From Candidatus Altimarinota bacterium (GTDB lineage: Bacteria; Patescibacteriota; Gracilibacteria; UBA1369), in contig JBAZYK010000010.1 in assembly GCA_041659405.1 (NCBI GenBank), positions 30,001 through 62,000 of the forward strand: a stretch of 32,000 nt of DNA, written 5' to 3'. The stretch's first letter is position 1; each line of letters begins with the position of its first letter. The notes below the pieces were generated by a model that worked only from the letters and a program-made list of their open reading frames with translations, ran no database searches and was not told the DNA's origin. This document shows, piece after piece, positions 1-8,357 of the stretch. Both the position numbers and the translations under genes were made by a program.

Positions 1-2571
1 TCTGATTCCCGGGAATTTTGGAATCTGTTTGTACTTTCTTTCTTCTGTTTCCAGGTTTGCCAACTTGCTGAAGTTTACTTCAAACACGGCAATTTTAGCG
101 TTTTCGATGTCGTAGTTTTTTGCTACAAGTGGATGAAGTTCGAAAATTCTGGCGATTTCCTGGCCGGATTTTCGGCTATAATAAGAGGCATAACGGTTTG
201 GGTGAGCGTAAGCGCATAAGCTTTCACCTTTGCGCATTTCCAAGGCTTTTAAGTTAACATGGAAAAGTTTGAAAAATTCTTCCAACGCGCCTTTGATTTC
301 GTAAAAAGGTTCGGAAGGGCCTTGGTTTGACGCGCCGGCGGCTGTATTTTTTTCTTTTGTTGCTGCTTTGTTTCTTACGATCACCGCGCAAATTTTCTTT
401 TCTTCAATCGGGAAATATTCCTGTAGATCTTCATAAGTTCGACCAATTTCATATAATTTGAATTGATCAAAAGACTTTAAATTAAGACCAATATTTTTGA
501 GGATGTTCGGCATTAAACTGATGCGCATGTGGGTCTGATCTTCGGAAAGATAATTTTGAACTTTAATGTGTGGCTCTTCCGGCAACAGGCATTTTTTGAT
601 GTCGTTGATGCTATAAAAAGAGTAGTTATAGACCTCATTAAAGCCAAGTCCGAGTGAAAGCGCGTGACGGGCAAAATGTTTAAGTTTGCGCTCATTATTT
701 TCGATTGGGAGTTTGATTGGAAGTTTTGGAAGTTTGGCTTCGATATTTTCGTATCCGTGCATGCGGGCGATTTCTTCCACGATGTCGTCTTCAATGGAAA
801 TGTCTTTGGTCGCGCGGAAAGAGGGGATTTCAACCTTGATTTTATCTTTGCCGGACAGCGTGGTTTTGAATTCCAAACTGTTGAGATTTTTTAAAACTTC
901 TTCGGTAGGAATTGTAACGCCAATTTTAGAGAAAACCTTTTTAAGGCTTACTGTAACGGTAAGTTGCTTGTCTTTAAAGTTTTTGATGTCGGTGACCGGA
1001 CCGCAAATAATTGCTTCCGGACTAACCTGTAAAATTAAATCACAGACGCGTTTCATGGCCTGTTCAGCCAAATTTGGATCAAGACTTTTTTCAAAACGTT
1101 GAACGGCTTCGGTTCTAAGTCCAAGTTTTACCGAAGTTAAACGAACGGAAGAAGGCTGAAAATTCGCAGATTCAACCAGAATTTTAGTAGTTTGCTGATC
1201 AACTTCGCTGTTTGCGCCGCCCATAATTCCCGCAATGGCAACCGGTTTTTTGTGATCGGCAATAACCAGCGTTTCATCTTTGCCGGTTTGATTTAGAGAT
1301 CTTTCAACACCGTCGAGTGTCGTGATTTTTTCATCTTTTTTAGCTGTGCGTACAATAATTCCGGTGTCGATTTTGGCTGCATCAAAAGCATGCAAAGGCT
1401 GACCAAGTTCGGCCATTACATAATTTGTGACATCAACAATGTTGTTGATTGAACGATATCCAACCGCGCTAAGGCGATTCTTGAGCCAGGCAGGGGACTC
1501 AGCAATTTTTATATTATTGATGTAAACGCCAAGATAACGTGGACAGAGTTTTTTGGCTTTAACTTCTACATTTGGCGATTCGCCGGTTGCTGGAAAATCA
1601 ATTTCCAATTGAAGCGGTTTGAGTTTTTTGTCCGAGATTGCCGCAATTTCACGCGCGATGCCGTAGTGACCCCACAAATCCGGACGATGGGTTAGAGATT
1701 TGTTATCAACTACTAAAGAAATATCGTTCAAACCTAAAATATCAGCAATTGGTTGGCCGAGTGGAGTATTGGCAGGGAAGCGGGTTAGCCCTTTTTGGCC
1801 AATGCCAAGTTCATCATCACCGCAAACCATACCTTCTGATTTCACGCCCATCATTTCTGTGATTTTAATTTCTCCGCCGGGGAGTTTTGCTCCAGGCAAA
1901 GCAATCGGCAGAATTTCCCCAGGGTGAATCACGTGGACTGAACCGAAAACAATCTGGATTTTTTTCCAGCCAATATCAAAAATTCCTTTGTGTAATTTTT
2001 CAGATCCGGCAATTTTCTCGAACTCTAAAAGTTTTCCGGTGACTACTTTGTCGAGATTCTGGTCTTGATGCAAAATGCCTTCAACTTCAGCAGTGTGGTG
2101 CGTGAGTAGTGATTGTATTTCTTCCGCACTGTAGCTGTTTTCAAGGTGAAGAGCTTCAAGAAGAGGTGTTCCAGCTTTCAAAATTGGTGCGCCACTGTGC
2201 CAATTTTTTTCTTCATCAAGGATCCAAATTTCATGTGGGGGATTTGTGCCGAGCTTTAATTCTTCTTTTGCGCAGATCATGCCGTTACTTTCTTCACCGC
2301 GAATTTTACTTGGTTGAATTGCAAAATTCCCGGGTAGAACGGCTCCAGGCAGGGCAACAAGTACATGAACATTTGGTCTGAGGTTTACTCCTCCACACAC
2401 AATCTGAACAATTTTGTCACCGATATTTACTTGAGCAACGTTGAGTGAGTCTGCATTTGAATGTTTCTGCATTGAATCGACATAACCCACCACCACGTTT
2501 CGGAGGCTTTTTTTGTCGATGATATGTAGTCCTTCGACGTATTCTTTGATCCAGTTAAGAGAAATTTTCAT
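1..2571 (-). CDS. pheT: Phenylalanyl-tRNA synthetase beta subunit (incomplete; continues beyond left edge)
   Basis: Reverse-strand frame opens at ATG 2571 (MKISLNWIKEYVEG...), contains tRNA-binding domain motifs (SNADSLNVAQV...IVCGGVNLRPN...LPGAVLPG...IRGEESNGMICA), then NRPDLWGHYG-like, RSINNIVDVTNYVMAELGQPLHAFDA, IAGIMGG and LRTEAVQRFEKSLDP PheT motifs. Downstream of pheS on the same strand. Confidence 0.96.
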   Translation of the reverse strand, partial: MKISLNWIKEYVEGLHIIDKKSLRNVVVGYVDSMQKHSNADSLNVAQVNIGDKIVQIVCGGVNLRPNVHVLVALPGAVLPGNFAIQPSKIRGEESNGMICAKEELKLGTNPPHEIWILDEEKNWHSGAPILKAGTPLLEALHLENSYSAEEIQSLLTHHTAEVEGILHQDQNLDKVVTGKLLEFEKIAGSEKLHKGIFDIGWKKIQIVFGSVHVIHPGEILPIALPGAKLPGGEIKITEMMGVKSEGMVCGDDELGIGQKGLTRFPANTPLGQPIADILGLNDISLVVDNKSLTHRPDLWGHYGIAREIAAISDKKLKPLQLEIDFPATGESPNVEVKAKKLCPRYLGVYINNIKIAESPAWLKNRLSAVGYRSINNIVDVTNYVMAELGQPLHAFDAAKIDTGIIVRTAKKDEKITTLDGVERSLNQTGKDETLVIADHKKPVAIAGIMGGANSEVDQQTTKILVESANFQPSSVRLTSVKLGLRTEAVQRFEKSLDPNLAEQAMKRVCDLILQVSPEAIICGPVTDIKNFKDKQLTVTVSLKKVFSKIGVTIPTEEVLKNLNSLEFKTTLSGKDKIKVEIPSFRATKDISIEDDIVEEIARMHGYENIEAKLPKLPIKLPIENNERKLKHFARHALSLGLGFNEVYNYSFYSINDIKKCLLPEEPHIKVQNYLSEDQTHMRISLMPNILKNIGLNLKSFDQFKLYEIGRTYEDLQEYFPIEEKKICAVIVRNKAATKEKNTAAGASNQGPSEPFYEIKGALEEFFKLFHVNLKALEMRKGESLCAYAHPNRYASYYSRKSGQEIARIFELHPLVAKNYDIENAKIAVFEVNFSKLANLETEERKYKQIPKFPGIR

Positions 2572-2674
2572 AAGTATTGTATCGCTTACGCGATGGTTAG
2601 ATTTTATGCCGGCGTAGTGGCCGGCAAGGGCTTCGCTGTGCTCGCCCTGGTTGTGCGCGCGCACAGATTTTTTG

Positions 2675-3715
2675 TTAGAACTGTTCCGTGAACCTAAGAT
2701 CGCCGGATTGTAATAGTCTGATGTCATTAATTGCATGGCGCATCATCACCAAACGGGTCAGGCCAAAGCCAAAAGCCCAACCCTGATATTCTTTTGGATC
2801 GATGCCGCCGGCTTTTAAGACGTTTGGGTGGACCATTCCGGCGCCCATAAATTCAACCCAGCCGGTTTGTTTGCAGACACTGCAGCCTTTTTCGTTACAA
2901 ATCAGACAGGAGAAATCAAGTTCCAAACCAGGTTCCACAAATGGGAAATAGCCAGGTCTAAAGCGGACTTTAACTTCTTTGCCAAACAGACGGGTCAAAA
3001 ATTCACGCATGACGCCTTTAAGATCGGCAAGTGAGATTTCTTTGTCGATCATCAGGCCTTCCACCTGATAAAAAGTGTTGTCATGAGAAGCGTCGGTGGC
3101 TTCGTAACGGAACACACGGCCAGGAACGATGATGCGAAGCGGTGCGCCGTATTTTTCCATGGTGCGAATTTGGACAGGTGAAGTTTGTGTTCTTAGCACA
3201 AGCCGGCCATGTTTTTCGGCTGATTTATCCTGCAAAAAGAAGGTGTCCTGCATGTCACGCGCGGGGTGATCTTTAGGAATGTTCAGACTTTCAAAATTGT
3301 AGTATTCGGATTCGACTTCGGGGCCGTCCATAACCGAAAACCCCATGTCACTGAAAATGTTTTCAGCCTCATATTGCACTTGTGAAAGCGGATGAATGTG
3401 ACCGACATCATATTTTTTGCCGGGGGCGGTCAGATCAAAAAACTCACCGGTCAGTTGTTTTTGGATTTCGGCGGATTCCAGAGTTTGGCGTTTTTCGTTA
3501 AAAACGGCTTCCAGCGCAACTTTAACCTGATTTGAAAATTGACCGAAAGTGCGTTTTTCTTCGTCGGGAAGGTCTTTAATGCCTTTTAAAATTATGGTGA
3601 TTTCGCCGCTTCTGCCTAAATATTTTACTTCGATATCTTTAAGATGTTGAAGATTTGAAGCCTTGTCGATTTCGGAAATGGCCTGTTCCGATAGTTTTTT
3701 GAGGATTTCTTGCAT
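2675..3715 (-). CDS. pheS: Phenylalanyl-tRNA synthetase alpha subunit
   Basis: Motifs HPLSQVQYEAENIFSDMGF, DMQDTFFL, RTQTSPVQIRTM, PGRVFRYEATDASHDNTFYQVEG, FRPGYFPFVEPGLE, GAGMVHPNVL, GWAFGFGLTRLVMMR. ORF track begins at 3808, but the typical start is MQEILKKLSEQA at 3715. Confidence 0.97.
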   Translation of the reverse strand: MQEILKKLSEQAISEIDKASNLQHLKDIEVKYLGRSGEITIILKGIKDLPDEEKRTFGQFSNQVKVALEAVFNEKRQTLESAEIQKQLTGEFFDLTAPGKKYDVGHIHPLSQVQYEAENIFSDMGFSVMDGPEVESEYYNFESLNIPKDHPARDMQDTFFLQDKSAEKHGRLVLRTQTSPVQIRTMEKYGAPLRIIVPGRVFRYEATDASHDNTFYQVEGLMIDKEISLADLKGVMREFLTRLFGKEVKVRFRPGYFPFVEPGLELDFSCLICNEKGCSVCKQTGWVEFMGAGMVHPNVLKAGGIDPKEYQGWAFGFGLTRLVMMRHAINDIRLLQSGDLRFTEQF

Positions 3716-3882
3716 AAAAAAACGTGAATGCGTGAAAGGCGCGATATTTGCGCGTGTAAAAAGAATACGTTGGTACTTTAAAGATTTTAGCTGAATTTGG
3801 CAAATCAAGAAGTGGGTTTTGGAGAAGATGTTGCCTTGGCTTCTGCTATGGCTTTTTCAAAAGCTGCTGACTTTGTTAAATA

Positions 3883-5496
3883 TCATGGTGAAACTGGTAA
3901 TTTATTCAGTTCTTGCCATGTTTTTGCGCGCATGTTTGCTAGTTGCGCTGCTTTTTCTGGTGTTGGGTGAAGTAAATGGTCATTGGCGCATGCTAATGCC
4001 TCAGCTGAGTTTATAATTTGTGGATCTTTATTATCCCAGCTTAGCGGGTTTCCGTGATGGTCAATTAAGGCGTTACGACCATGGAGTTGTCCTCCTAAAC
4101 GCCATTCAAAATTTCCGCTTAAAGGCCAATAGAGCGCACCTTTTACATTTACTCCTTCCCGAATTGCCCTGGTTACGTGTCCAATCGTTGATAAAATCCA
4201 GTCTGGTCTTTCTTTATCTGATTCATTGCCTTCTGCATCTACTTTATTGGTAAAGCCCCATTCGGAAAGTACTAATTCTTTGCCCGGCCATCTTCTGTCG
4301 GCTTCCTTTAAGACGTCATAGGCTCCAGGCGGGTAAATTTGTGGGCAAAGCTCATTACCGCTGATGTAGCGTTCATCTTTGCCTTTAAATCCCGATAATA
4401 GTAAGGATAATTTTAGTCGAAAATAATATTGAAGGCCTAAAAAGTCGCTTGTTTGTCCGTCTTGCATTTCTTCAATAAAGTCCCAACCGCCAAGCTTTTC
4501 ATAGATTTTGATGTCAGAATGGGGAACATGGTGAGTCATTCCTATTTTTGTTTCTTTTCCTGCTGCCTGGTGTGTGCTTGGTGCATGTTTTTTTAATTCA
4601 TCGTAGACAATGCGATGCATCTGTTTAACTTTTTCTTTGAGGATTTTTGTTTTTCCAAATCGCAAATGTTGATAAGGAGGGAAATAGCCGCTTATATAAG
4701 CGTTGAAAGTCAGGTTGACCGGTTCATTGACGCTGATAAACCAGCGACAAAGGGTACGCTCATCCAAAATTTGTTGAAGAAATTCCTGACTGTAGCCTTC
4801 ATCTTTTAGAGCTTCACGTATTTTATTTGGATCAAAGAGAAAATCGGCGACACTTTTTACATAAAAAGCAAAATGATCAACAATGTCTGGATGTTCCAAA
4901 GGGCCATTTTGAATTTCTTCATTTTTATAAGTTGCAAAACTTTTTGGCATGGGCCAATGATGCATGGTCATGACTGGTTCTAGCCCTGTGTGATGGCAGC
5001 GAGCCAAGATTCGAACATATTGGGCCATTAACTCTTGGTTGAATTTGCCTTTTTCCGGGCAGAGTTCGGCAAAATCAAAAGAGGTGCGGTAGGCATTACC
5101 AAAGCGCTTTGCTGCTTTTAGAATGTGTGGATGATTTTTAAAAAAATGGGGTTGTTCCTCACTGTCAAAAGGGCCAGCAATTTTGTCGGATAAACCGGCT
5201 GCGGAGCGTTGGCGTTCATGGGCCCAGTCGCTATTTGTCGCGGCTTCTGGATCATCCTGAAAAATCGAGCCAGCTGTTCCCGCTAATTCTAGTCGTTTAT
5301 CGTATTCAAGGCTTGGATCAAAGCTGGTTGGATCATCGTCAAATCTGCCATCATCAATTAAATAAATTCCTAGAGCGGCGGCTGTGACAGCGGAAAGTCC
5401 AAGTGCTAAAGCTTTTCTGCGGGAAATTTGTCTTTTGGGCGATTCTGCTTGGACTAGAGAGTCTGGTTGTGTGGGTAAATCGGGACTCGATCTCAT
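3883..5496 (-). CDS. Glycoside hydrolase family 1-like beta-glycosidase with N-terminal twin-arginine-like signal
   Basis: N-terminus RQISRRKALALGLSAVTAAALG (Tat-like); GH1-like landmarks TMHHWPMP, WFISVNEPVN, FLGLQYYF, ELVLSEWGF, GALYWPLSGNFEWRLG. Confidence 0.83.
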   Translation of the reverse strand: MRSSPDLPTQPDSLVQAESPKRQISRRKALALGLSAVTAAALGIYLIDDGRFDDDPTSFDPSLEYDKRLELAGTAGSIFQDDPEAATNSDWAHERQRSAAGLSDKIAGPFDSEEQPHFFKNHPHILKAAKRFGNAYRTSFDFAELCPEKGKFNQELMAQYVRILARCHHTGLEPVMTMHHWPMPKSFATYKNEEIQNGPLEHPDIVDHFAFYVKSVADFLFDPNKIREALKDEGYSQEFLQQILDERTLCRWFISVNEPVNLTFNAYISGYFPPYQHLRFGKTKILKEKVKQMHRIVYDELKKHAPSTHQAAGKETKIGMTHHVPHSDIKIYEKLGGWDFIEEMQDGQTSDFLGLQYYFRLKLSLLLSGFKGKDERYISGNELCPQIYPPGAYDVLKEADRRWPGKELVLSEWGFTNKVDAEGNESDKERPDWILSTIGHVTRAIREGVNVKGALYWPLSGNFEWRLGGQLHGRNALIDHHGNPLSWDNKDPQIINSAEALACANDHLLHPTPEKAAQLANMRAKTWQELNKLPVSP

Positions 5497-5551
5497 AATT
5501 TATAAAAATAATTTTGATGAGTGCGACAGGTTGTGAAGTTTAATAATATTT

Positions 5552-5580
5552 TTGCAGAAAGTCAACTTTTGATGTATAAT
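5552..5580 (+). promoter_or_regulatory. sigma70-type promoter TTGCAG-17bp-TATAAT
   Basis: TTGCAG at 5552-5557, 17 bp spacer, TATAAT at 5575-5580; upstream of ATG 5605. Confidence 0.7.
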
Positions 5581-5604
5581 GTAAAGATTATTTACAATCA
5601 AAAT

Positions 5605-6828
5605 ATGGCAGGTGAAGTATTACAGCCACCAGAAAGTAACAAAGGATCAAATAAACCTTTGGTGTTTCCTCGCTTACACGTTGAATTTGTTGAGGATAAA
5701 GATGATCCGGAAAAGGTTCTGAATGTTATTTTGGATGCTGCTAAAATTGTTCTTGAGCCAAAGCAAAAAGCAGAATTGTTGAGCAGTTTGCAACGACTGG
5801 ATTTGAAAAATCCAGATCAGGCAAAGGAGCAAGGGAAGAAGGTCCCTTTTTTAGAGCGTCCTGATGTTTTGATTGTAATTGGCTCATTTCTTCAGATGCA
5901 TGGGTATATTAAACCAAAAGTACGCGAAGGAGGGCAGCACAGTGATGTCGTTGCGGAATCTGCGGTGGATAATGTTACTGATCAAATTAATGAAGCGGGA
6001 AAGATTGGTAAAATGCCAACAGGCGAATATCGAACTGATGTTTCTGTTTATGGCTATCAATTTGAGGTGCGTGGAGATAATATTGTTTATAAGCCAAAAA
6101 CAGGTAAATTTTGGGCTGTTTGGGATAGGGTGGAAGACATGATGCGCAAAAGCGGGGATGGTATGGGTTTGCGTGTTCGTGCGAAAAATATGGATCAAAT
6201 CTGGGACAATATTGAACATCTTCATTTAACTGATATTTTTTCTCGACAGAAAGATGGTATTGGCGAAAGAGTTGATGATATGAAACGAGGAGGAGCTTTA
6301 CTGGATGATGTGTTGCGATTGCGCAATGGTAGTCCTTATCTTAAAAAAATTGATCCGGTTGAAGCATTAAAAGCTTCAACAAAAATGATGTCTGATGTGC
6401 ATCAAAAATCAGGTTTGGGAATTGGCGAAGTTTTGGGCGGAGATGTATTGGTTCATGTTGATCCATCTGGAAAAGTTAAGGATGCAAGACTTTCATCTTT
6501 GCCGGATATGCTTTATCACTCTGAGAGTGCATATCGTCAAAAGGCTTCGGATTTGGCTGATCTTTGTTTTTGTGCAGGTAGTGCCGCTTTTCAGACTGAA
6601 TCACCAGACAAAGCGGAAGCTGCAGCCCTTTCTTATATTAGAGCGATTTTGGATAGTTACGGCGATGATATAGTTAAATTAAATTTGAAAGAAATGATTG
6701 GGGCGAGTAATGTGCCGGCTTTTACTATCAATAATGAAACCCGTTTAGGCTTTAATCACGTTAAAGATCATGAAGGCACTTTTAAAAAAGTTCGTAAAAT
6801 GATTTTGGACGAATTAGATAAAGTTTAA
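5605..6828 (+). CDS. Conserved-looking protein of unknown function; possible degenerate kinase-like fold
   Basis: Long uninterrupted ORF; track start 5521 lies upstream of the promoter, so MAGEVLQPPESN at 5605 is preferred. Confidence 0.8.
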   Translation: MAGEVLQPPESNKGSNKPLVFPRLHVEFVEDKDDPEKVLNVILDAAKIVLEPKQKAELLSSLQRLDLKNPDQAKEQGKKVPFLERPDVLIVIGSFLQMHGYIKPKVREGGQHSDVVAESAVDNVTDQINEAGKIGKMPTGEYRTDVSVYGYQFEVRGDNIVYKPKTGKFWAVWDRVEDMMRKSGDGMGLRVRAKNMDQIWDNIEHLHLTDIFSRQKDGIGERVDDMKRGGALLDDVLRLRNGSPYLKKIDPVEALKASTKMMSDVHQKSGLGIGEVLGGDVLVHVDPSGKVKDARLSSLPDMLYHSESAYRQKASDLADLCFCAGSAAFQTESPDKAEAAALSYIRAILDSYGDDIVKLNLKEMIGASNVPAFTINNETRLGFNHVKDHEGTFKKVRKMILDELDKV

Positions 6829-6919
6829 AGATTTCAGGTTTGCGTGCAAAAAAAAGACTCTAAGCAATTATTTGATTAGATCAATGGTTGCTTTAATTGC
6901 AGTTGCCAGTTTTGCTGAA

Positions 6920-7117
6920 CTAAGTTTCGCGACTTTTGTAATATTCGTCATAGATATCGTCTTCCGGATTGTCCCAGAAATCGAAAGCGGACTTTCCCAA
7001 GGCGGCAAAGTCTTTCAAGTCATCTTCACTGTCTTTTAAGATTTTTATTTCTATGGGCCTAAGGATGATAGTTTTTCCTTTAACTTTCAGCATATATTTA
7101 CGGTGTTTGCATTTCAC
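6920..7117 (-). CDS. Small antitoxin-like protein (apparently orphan)
   Basis: 65 aa; C-terminus DFAALGKSAFDFWDNPEDDIYDEYYKSRET resembles the 'xFWDNxEDDIYxxY' tails of short type II antitoxins (DUF2281/AbrB-like context). Possible alternate start at 7093. Confidence 0.55.
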   Translation of the reverse strand: MKCKHRKYMLKVKGKTIILRPIEIKILKDSEDDLKDFAALGKSAFDFWDNPEDDIYDEYYKSRET

Positions 7118-7220
7118 TTTATCTTAATTTGCAAGTTATTTCAAATTTGATTTTAACAGCTGGAGATTAAGAAATTCTAAAATTTTCTTAAATTTTCAAC
7201 TGAAGAATTGTTCATCAAAA

Positions 7221-7248
7221 AAGAAGACCCTTTTTAGGGGGTCTTCTT
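7221..7248 (-). terminator. Rho-independent terminator downstream of HU gene
   Basis: AAGAAGACCC...GGGTCTTCTT 10-bp stem; on the minus strand it is followed by TTTTTT. Confidence 0.85.
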
Positions 7249-7335
7249 GATTTTCAGATGGTGTTTGCTTGCGCAAACTTCTTTACTGCTATGCCTGCTT
7301 TAGGGCAGGCGCGGACTTTAGCGTGAGCTAAAGTC

Positions 7336-7611
7336 TTATCTAACAGCATCCTTTAGAGATTTACCTGCCTTGAAAGCTGGAAGCTTCATAGCTGGGATCT
7401 TGATTTTTTGGCTTGGGTTACGTGGATTTACACCAGTACGAGCAGCACGTTTTGAAACACGGAATGTTCCGAAACCTGTAACAGTTACTGATTCTCCCTT
7501 TTTGAGGGACTTAGTGATAGCTTCAAGACATGCATCGAGCACTTCCTGAGCAGCCTTTTTTGTAACGCCAGCTGAATTAGCAGCAGCATTAACGAGATCT
7601 TGTTTTGTCAT
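7336..7611 (-). CDS. hup: HU family DNA-binding protein
   Basis: MTKQDLVNAAANSAGVTKKAAQEVLDACLEAITKSLKKGESVTVTGFGTFRVSKRAARTGVNPRNPSQKIKIPAMKLPAFKAGKSLKDAV. Confidence 0.97.
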   Translation of the reverse strand: MTKQDLVNAAANSAGVTKKAAQEVLDACLEAITKSLKKGESVTVTGFGTFRVSKRAARTGVNPRNPSQKIKIPAMKLPAFKAGKSLKDAVR

Positions 7612-7649
7612 CGTTATGAGGTTAAGAAATAATGTAACGAACCTAGGGC

Positions 7650-7677
7650 ATTATAAAAATCCTACAAAGAAAAGCAA
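7650..7677 (-). promoter_or_regulatory. HU promoter TTGCTT-16bp-TATAAT
   Basis: Minus strand TTGCTT (7672-7677), 16 bp spacer, TATAAT (7650-7655), about 38 nt upstream of ATG 7611. Confidence 0.6.
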
Positions 7678-7993
7678 GCATTGGTGAGCAGCAAGGGAAA
7701 TACTCGATTTTTGAGGGTGTGATTTTTTGGCTAGGCATGGTCGTTTTGTTTATTCTTAGCCATTTTCCCGGGTATTGTCATCTTTGGGATTTATTTTGGG
7801 GCTCTATTATTGGCTTGTATACGGCAAAATCAAACGATCATTCCTGTCAATGCGATTTGGAAGCCAAAAAGGGGTGTTGGTGGGCATTTTGGGGAATTTT
7901 GGAAGGATTTGAATAGCTTATGAATAGGGCAAAAGTGCCGAAGTGGTGAAATTGCGTGGAATCGAACCCTGGCCGACCAATTAATTTGTATTT

Positions 7994-8011
7994 TTATCGT
8001 ATTTACGATAA
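7994..8011. promoter_or_regulatory. Perfect palindrome TTATCGTA-TT-TACGATAA, candidate toxin-antitoxin operator
   Basis: 8-bp perfect inverted repeat with 2-bp centre, 36 bp upstream of the antitoxin start. Confidence 0.6.
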
Positions 8012-8046
8012 GATTTATATAGATTTTATTATTATTACTATAATAT

Positions 8047-8349
8047 ATGAGTAAATCGACTCAAACTACCCTTTCTATAGATAAAGAAACAAAAAACCTT
8101 GCGGCTTCCAGGGCAAAGAAAAATGGAATGTCCGTCTCTGTTGTGGCGCGTATTTTTCTTCGTGATTATGCTACGGGTAAACTTGATATTGGCTCACGCA
8201 GTGTTGAACGTGATGAAAACGGTTTTACTCCGCAAGCGTCCGGAAAGCTTACTCAGGCCCTTGAAGACGTTAAGAATAAACGCAATTTATCCCCGGGATT
8301 TGATAATTCCAAGAACGCCATTGAGTGGCTTCATAAACAAAATGATTAA
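8047..8349 (+). CDS. RelB/DinJ family antitoxin
   Basis: MSKSTQTTLSIDKETKNLAASRAKKNGMSVSVVARIFLRDYATGKL: ribbon-helix-helix N-terminus, placed directly upstream of a YafQ-like toxin. Confidence 0.85.
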   Translation: MSKSTQTTLSIDKETKNLAASRAKKNGMSVSVVARIFLRDYATGKLDIGSRSVERDENGFTPQASGKLTQALEDVKNKRNLSPGFDNSKNAIEWLHKQND

Positions 8350-8357
8350 CTTTTCTT

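Noticed and set aside
513-2381. Plus-strand and shadow minus-strand ORFs (513..833, 664..894, 686..1102, 1638..1862, 1700..1927, 2109..2381)
   Set aside because: All lie within the pheT coding frame on the minus strand; the translations are low-complexity shadows with no family resemblance.
7719-7916. 65-aa ORF rich in Trp/Gly/Cys (MIFWLGMVVLFILSHFPGYC...)
   Set aside because: No clear promoter or homology pattern in a decayed-looking intergenic region; not well enough supported to call, although a small membrane peptide cannot be excluded.
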